Shown in pieces: positions 27,321 through 32,015 of a DNA stretch of 32,015 bases. Under the pieces are notes generated by a model, which worked only from the letters and a program-made list of their open reading frames with translations, had not been told where the DNA came from and did no database searches. Each line of letters starts with the position of its first letter. Within the stretch, counting starts at the first letter, position 1. This DNA is from Candidatus Woesearchaeota archaeon (GTDB taxonomy: Archaea > Nanobdellota > Nanobdellia > SCGC-AAA011-G17 > JAGVZH01), in contig JAGVZH010000010.1 of the NCBI GenBank assembly GCA_018302745.1, positions 1 to 32,015 on the forward strand. Reading direction: 5' to 3'. The position numbers and the translations under genes were made by a program.

Positions 27321-28417
27321 TTTATTTTATTTTTAACTAATTCAGTTACTTCATCCTTAATCTCTTCAATTGGAATTTCTTTTATTATCGGCTCTATAAA
27401 TCCGGAAACAATTATTTGTTTGGATTCTTTTTCAGATAGTCCTCTTGACATAAGGTAGAACATCTGGGATTTGTCAATTTCCCCCATTGTAGTTCCGTGG
27501 GAGCATTTTACATCATGATTTTCAATTTCCAATTGAGGAACAGCGTCAACTTCAGCTGTTTCATTCAAGGTTAATGCATCTGCTTTTTGATATCCTGATG
27601 ATTTAAAAGCGTTTTTTCCAATTCTGATTAATCCGTTGTAAATGCATTTAGAATTGTCGTCAAAGACATTTTTTACCCTTATATTTGAAACTGTATAGGG
27701 ATCAACATGCTTTGTTGAGTTATTAACATCAAATTGCTGGTTATTAGTACCAATAAAAACACCCAATGAATCTGTTGATGCGCCTTCCTTTTCCAGATTA
27801 GATTCTGTTCTTGAAACGCAAAAGTCAGAGCCAGTAAATAAATCAAACCATTTAACATTGGAGTCTTTGGATGTTTTGGCTTTTTTAAGACAAAAATTAA
27901 ATCTGTTATTTTTTAAATTTTGCAAGTGAATATAATTAATTTTAGCGTTGTCTTTTAGTATTAATTCAACACATTTACTGTAATAATCAGACTCTTTTTC
28001 TGAAAAGTCCTTGTCAATAATTGTTATTTTGGAATTTTCCTCTGCCAAGACAATAACATGAGAAAAGGTGTTTTTGCTGGTATCATTATTCAGGACAATT
28101 GGTTCTTTATTTTGGGAGCCTTTAGGTATTGTAATAAACATAAAGTCATTTAATTCAGAATAATGCAGGGAAGTAAACTTGTTTGTGTTAAAAGGAATAA
28201 CTGAATTAAGATAATCCAAAGAATCCTTATCTTTTTTTGACTTTAATATTATGTTTAATGGGCAATGTATGTATGAAGTAGAATCCAGAGAGTTCTTTAT
28301 TTCATTTAAATTTAATTTAGGCGGATTTAAAGTAATGTTCAAGCCATACTTAAAGTTATAGTCTGGCAACTTTGAAAAAGCTTCTATAGACTTCTGTTTT
28401 AGTGTATTTAATTCCAT
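27317..28417 (-). CDS. sufD: Fe-S assembly protein SufD
   Basis: [23 protein letters not shown]. Confidence 0.92.
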   Translation of the reverse strand: MELNTLKQKSIEAFSKLPDYNFKYGLNITLNPPKLNLNEIKNSLDSTSYIHCPLNIILKSKKDKDSLDYLNSVIPFNTNKFTSLHYSELNDFMFITIPKGSQNKEPIVLNNDTSKNTFSHVIVLAEENSKITIIDKDFSEKESDYYSKCVELILKDNAKINYIHLQNLKNNRFNFCLKKAKTSKDSNVKWFDLFTGSDFCVSRTESNLEKEGASTDSLGVFIGTNNQQFDVNNSTKHVDPYTVSNIRVKNVFDDNSKCIYNGLIRIGKNAFKSSGYQKADALTLNETAEVDAVPQLEIENHDVKCSHGTTMGEIDKSQMFYLMSRGLSEKESKQIIVSGFIEPIIKEIPIEEIKDEVTELVKNKIK

Positions 28418-28435
28418 ATGTAAAATTTGAGGCTG

Positions 28436-29833
28436 TCAACCTAATGAGCCCTCCATCTCCATCTCTATTAGTTTATTCATCTCTACTGCATACTCTATTG
28501 GCAGCTCTTTTATTATCGGCTCTATAAATCCGGAAACAATCATTTTTCTCGCTTCCTCTTCTGATAATCCTCTGGACATCAAGTAGAACAACTGCTCTTC
28601 TCCAATTCTTGAGACAGTAGCTTCATGCTCTATTGAGGATTTTTTATTTTCTCTTTTCATGTAAGGAATTGTGTTTGATATTGACTCATTATCTGTCATC
28701 AAAGCGTCGCATTGGACATTAGATTTTGAATGAATAGCATTTTTATTGATATGGACCAATCCTCTGTAAGAAGCAATTCCTCCTCCTTTGGCAATGCTTT
28801 TGTTTACTATTGTTGAAGATGTATTTTTAGCTAAATGATAGATTTTAGCTCCAACATCCTGATTTTGGTTTTTGTTTGCAAAAGCAATCGATAGATGATC
28901 TGCTCTTGAATTTTCTCCTTTTAACATTGAACATGGATAGACCATACTAAGTTTTGATCCCATATTGCCAGTTACCCATTCCATTACTGCATTTTTTTCA
29001 ACAAAAGCCCTTTTTGTGTTTAAGTTGTATGTGTTTTTTGACCAGTTTTCAACACTTGAATATCTCATCCTTGCATTATTATGAACAAAGATTTCTACAC
29101 ATCCAGCATGAAGTGAATTGTTGTTATATTGAGGGGCAGAGCATCCTTCAACATAGTGAAGTTCGGCGCCTTCATCTACAATAATTAAAGTATGTTCAAA
29201 TTGCCCCATGTCGGCGGAATTCATTCTAAAGTATGCTTGCAGAGGCATGTCAACTTTTACATTTTTTGGAATGTAAATAAAAGTTCCTCCACTCCAAAAT
29301 GCCCCGTGCAAGGCAACATATTTATGCAGAGTTGGCGGAACACATTTCATAAAATATTTTTTAAATAATTCTTCATGCTCTTTTAAAGCAACATCGCAAT
29401 CAACGAAAATAACGCCTTGTTTTGCTAAATCCTCCCTTATGTTATGATACACAACTTCAGACTCAAATTGGGCTCCTGCTCCTGCCAAGGTTTTTCTTTC
29501 TGCTTCTGGAATTCCTAATTTATCAAAAACTTTTTTAATATCTTCAGGAACATCCTTCCAGTCTTTGGAGTTTTTTCTTGCTTCAGGCTTTACATAATAA
29601 GTTATTTTATTCAAATCTAAATCAGACAAATCAGGCCCCCAATTAGGTGTTTCCAGTTTGTTGAAAATTTCCAGGCATTTTAATCTGAAATCAAGCATCC
29701 ACTTAGGTTCAGTCTTATCTTTGGAGATTTCCCTTACAACATCTTCATTAATGCCTTCTTTTGCCTTATAAGCATACTTCAAAGTAGATGGCTTGTCTAA
29801 AAATTCTCTGGTTTCCTGAAATGAAGTTTCCAT
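28436..29833 (-). CDS. sufB: Fe-S assembly scaffold SufB
   Basis: [49 protein letters not shown]. Confidence 0.96.
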   Translation of the reverse strand: METSFQETREFLDKPSTLKYAYKAKEGINEDVVREISKDKTEPKWMLDFRLKCLEIFNKLETPNWGPDLSDLDLNKITYYVKPEARKNSKDWKDVPEDIKKVFDKLGIPEAERKTLAGAGAQFESEVVYHNIREDLAKQGVIFVDCDVALKEHEELFKKYFMKCVPPTLHKYVALHGAFWSGGTFIYIPKNVKVDMPLQAYFRMNSADMGQFEHTLIIVDEGAELHYVEGCSAPQYNNNSLHAGCVEIFVHNNARMRYSSVENWSKNTYNLNTKRAFVEKNAVMEWVTGNMGSKLSMVYPCSMLKGENSRADHLSIAFANKNQNQDVGAKIYHLAKNTSSTIVNKSIAKGGGIASYRGLVHINKNAIHSKSNVQCDALMTDNESISNTIPYMKRENKKSSIEHEATVSRIGEEQLFYLMSRGLSEEEARKMIVSGFIEPIIKELPIEYAVEMNKLIEMEMEGSLG

Positions 29834-29836
29834 TTT

Positions 29837-30397
29837 TTAATAAAAGGATGATCCGCAACCGCAGGTTCCTGCTGCATTTGGGTTTGAAATCTTAAAACCA
29901 GAACCCTGCAATGAATCAACATAATTAATTGTAATTCCTTTTAATTTTTCAAGTGTATCCTTGTTTATGAAGATTTTAGCTCCATTTTTTTCAAAAACCT
30001 CATCATTCTCTTTTGGTGACTCGTCAAAGTCAAAGATATATTGTAATCCAGAACATCCTCCTGAGGAAACCTCAACTCTAAATCCCTGGCCTTCCCTGTT
30101 TTCTGCTTTTAGCAGCTGCTTTATTTTGTCAGCAGCCTTGTCAGTTATTGTTATTCCTTCAGAAGACTTTTCAGATCTTTCAACTGCCTCATTTAAGGTT
30201 TTTACTATTTTAGTTATTTGTTCATCTGTCATCCCATGCCCTCTAAGACCCTGCCCTAAAGTTTCTATTGGCGATATTCCGCAGCCTATGCAGTGAACTC
30301 CTGTTTTCATTAAAGGCTCAACTGCAGCAGGAAATTTGTCTACTATCTCTCCTATGAGAGTATCTTCTGTAATTTTACTTTGCTGTATTGTTTCCAT
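29837..30397 (-). CDS. DUF1858-like (CxxC) domain fused to an A-type Fe-S carrier (IscA/SufA/ErpA family)
   Basis: N-terminal IGEIVDKFP...GVHCIGC...ETL...HG; C-terminal GGCSGLQY...NPNA..TCGCGSSF. Confidence 0.88.
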   Translation of the reverse strand: METIQQSKITEDTLIGEIVDKFPAAVEPLMKTGVHCIGCGISPIETLGQGLRGHGMTDEQITKIVKTLNEAVERSEKSSEGITITDKAADKIKQLLKAENREGQGFRVEVSSGGCSGLQYIFDFDESPKENDEVFEKNGAKIFINKDTLEKLKGITINYVDSLQGSGFKISNPNAAGTCGCGSSFY

Positions 30398-30406
30398 TTT
30401 TCCCTC

Positions 30407-30763
30407 CTATCTTTTACAATAATCACAAATTTTGTTGTCAAAAGTGTCTAATTGCTTATGAACCTGGCAGATTAAGTCTGATTTTCTAAAATCACGGCAT
30501 AATTCATTAATCTCTTGTATGACTAAAAAGTGGTTTTGTGCTATTTTTTTTGCTGATTCATCTATTAGTTTTTGGAATTCTTCATTAAACTTGACTTCTT
30601 TAGCTCTTTTTTCTGAAATATACTGGGAGATCGCTGCTGGTGTTATTCCTAATATTTGGGCTACTGCTTTTTGGGATAAGCTGAATTTGATTAAAGCTTT
30701 GGCTAATTCTCTTCTTATTGCAGGTATTATGTATAAAACTTCTATCTCTTGTGGCTGTAACAT
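30407..30763 (-). CDS. HTH transcriptional regulator with a C-terminal Cys/His motif
   Basis: PAIRRELA...SQKAVAQILGITPAAISQY helix-turn-helix; tail C-x9-C-x2-H-x10-C-x2-C. Confidence 0.85.
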   Translation of the reverse strand: MLQPQEIEVLYIIPAIRRELAKALIKFSLSQKAVAQILGITPAAISQYISEKRAKEVKFNEEFQKLIDESAKKIAQNHFLVIQEINELCRDFRKSDLICQVHKQLDTFDNKICDYCKR

Positions 30764-30764
30764 A

Positions 30765-30800
30765 AATTAACGGCGTTAATTCTATATATAAAGATTTCGG
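30765..30800 (-). promoter_or_regulatory. suf operon promoter (BRE/TATA) with a palindromic operator
   Basis: Minus strand reads CCGAAA-TC-TTTATATA-TAG-AATTAACG-C-CGTTAATT-T-ATG. Confidence 0.75.
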
Positions 30801-30905
30801 ATGGATTGGTTTTGCACAAAAAGTTAATTTTAATGAAGATCAGGTCTAAAATCTATATTTGCGTAGGCTAATATTTATAATAGTTAAAAGTATATATTTA
30901 TCGTG

Positions 30906-31478
30906 ATGAAATTGGAAAGTAGCCATCAAGTTACTATTGAGAGATTGCATTTAAAAGTAGATGAAGATGGTAATTTAATACTGCCTCAGAAAAAGATTTT
31001 GCTTGATGCTAATCCTATAATTTTTATGATGTGGTATAAAAAAGAAAAATACGGAGAAGATGTTTTAGATATTTTTGATGAAGAAAATATAGTATGGATT
31101 AATAATATAATTTATGATGAAGTGTTAGGAGTTTTATTAAATAAATCTCCCTATGATGGGATGTACAAAGATAAAGAAGAAACTAAAAAAGCAATAAACA
31201 AATTTCTAAAAGAAAATAAAATACAACTTGATGATAATCCGAATATTGGAAAAAATAATATACAATTAGTGAGGAGTAAAGCAAAGAAGACAAAATCTAG
31301 AGCTGGTGAAATAGATAAATTCATTTTAGCATATTGCTTATCCAATGATATTGAGATTGTTTATTCTAATGATAGAGAGTTCAGAAAATTGGCTACTTTT
31401 TTGGGATTAGATGCTAGAAATTTTGAATCTAATGAGGATAAATTAAACAAAAAGCTCAAGTCAGCATTTAGAAAATAA
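30906..31478 (+). CDS. PIN-domain (VapC-like) nuclease
   Basis: ILLDAN, YDEV, IDKFILA, YSNDREF acidic active-site pattern. Confidence 0.85.
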   Translation: MKLESSHQVTIERLHLKVDEDGNLILPQKKILLDANPIIFMMWYKKEKYGEDVLDIFDEENIVWINNIIYDEVLGVLLNKSPYDGMYKDKEETKKAINKFLKENKIQLDDNPNIGKNNIQLVRSKAKKTKSRAGEIDKFILAYCLSNDIEIVYSNDREFRKLATFLGLDARNFESNEDKLNKKLKSAFRK

Positions 31479-31805
31479 TCATACTAAATTTATGTTAAAA
31501 TCTTTTATAAATTGTTTTTCTGCCCTTTCCTTAGTTTTGTGCTTCTTTAAGTATTTTTCCCAAGACTCTTTTTTATATTCTCTTACTGCTTCAACAGCTC
31601 TCTCTTTGTCTTTTTTAGGAATATTTTTAGCAAATAATTCCATTCTCCTTATCTTTGCCTCAACCTTAAGGTAGTGTTCAATCTGGGGCAAAATATGAGA
31701 AATAACTTCATTAGTTTTATGCTCAAATTCATCGATTTCTTGATGAACCTGAGAGGTTCTTTCTTTCATTCTATCTATCTCACCAAGTATGGATATATCA
31801 AACAT
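31479..31805 (-). CDS. Hypothetical charged helical protein
   Basis: 108-aa ORF with host-like composition; its stop abuts the PIN gene's stop; TTTAAA-type motifs upstream. Confidence 0.6.
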   Translation of the reverse strand: MFDISILGEIDRMKERTSQVHQEIDEFEHKTNEVISHILPQIEHYLKVEAKIRRMELFAKNIPKKDKERAVEAVREYKKESWEKYLKKHKTKERAEKQFIKDFNINLV

Positions 31806-31891
31806 ACATGATATTTAAATTCTTTGTTTTAGCTTTAAAAGCCCTAAGACCTCAGAATATATGTTTTTAATATATGGTAATGGCACAAAAA

Positions 31892-32005
31892 AGGATTGTA
31901 TCAAAACTCATTTTTAGGGCTCTGGTGCAATCCTAAGTTTTAAGTAGAATAGAGGCATAGCCTCCTTTATGCTGCAAAGCTAAAAGGAGTGTGATGCTAT
32001 GCCCC
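31892..32005 (+). ncRNA. Structured RNA, possibly an rRNA operon leader; runs to the window edge
   Basis: 12-bp stem 31892..31903/31923..31934 with two G-U pairs; second stem 31952..32005 capped by a GCAA tetraloop; TATA-like sequence near 31864..31875. Confidence 0.45.
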
Positions 32006-32015
32006 AAAAGAATGA

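Noticed and set aside
7-31674. Many short ORFs antisense to or nested in recognised genes (e.g. 236..742, 8428..8826, 12296..12607, 23871..24068, 29961..30296)
   Set aside because: Shadow frames of well-supported genes with no motifs of their own.

Overview
AT-rich archaeal chromosomal segment, probably DPANN (Woesearchaeota/Pacearchaeota-like). This is inferred from rpl15e, tfe, archaeal-type ProRS/AlaRS, Nre, intron-containing tRNAs and leaderless BRE/TATA promoters. It holds two tandem S-layer-like genes, four tRNA genes (Cys-GCA; Arg-TCT and Arg-TCG with short, related introns; Arg-GCG), leuS, a frameshifted alaS, proS, corA, other housekeeping and membrane genes, two toxin-antitoxin loci, an orphan PIN gene, and an 8-gene Fe-S assembly operon (HTH regulator, DUF1858-A-type carrier fusion, sufB, sufD, sufS, U-type protein, sufC, second desulfurase). 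The best leads are: (1) a ~590-bp TA cassette bounded by two directly oriented 28-bp dif-like (Xer) sites; (2) a Cys/His-tailed HTH regulator heading the suf operon, with a 17-bp palindrome over its start site; (3) a tandem pair of hidden paralogous coiled-coil proteins with complementary charges; (4) alaS broken by a -1 frame change; (5) a 35-bp identical tract in sufB and sufD; (6) a structured RNA at the right edge. All family calls come from motif recognition by eye; no searches were run.
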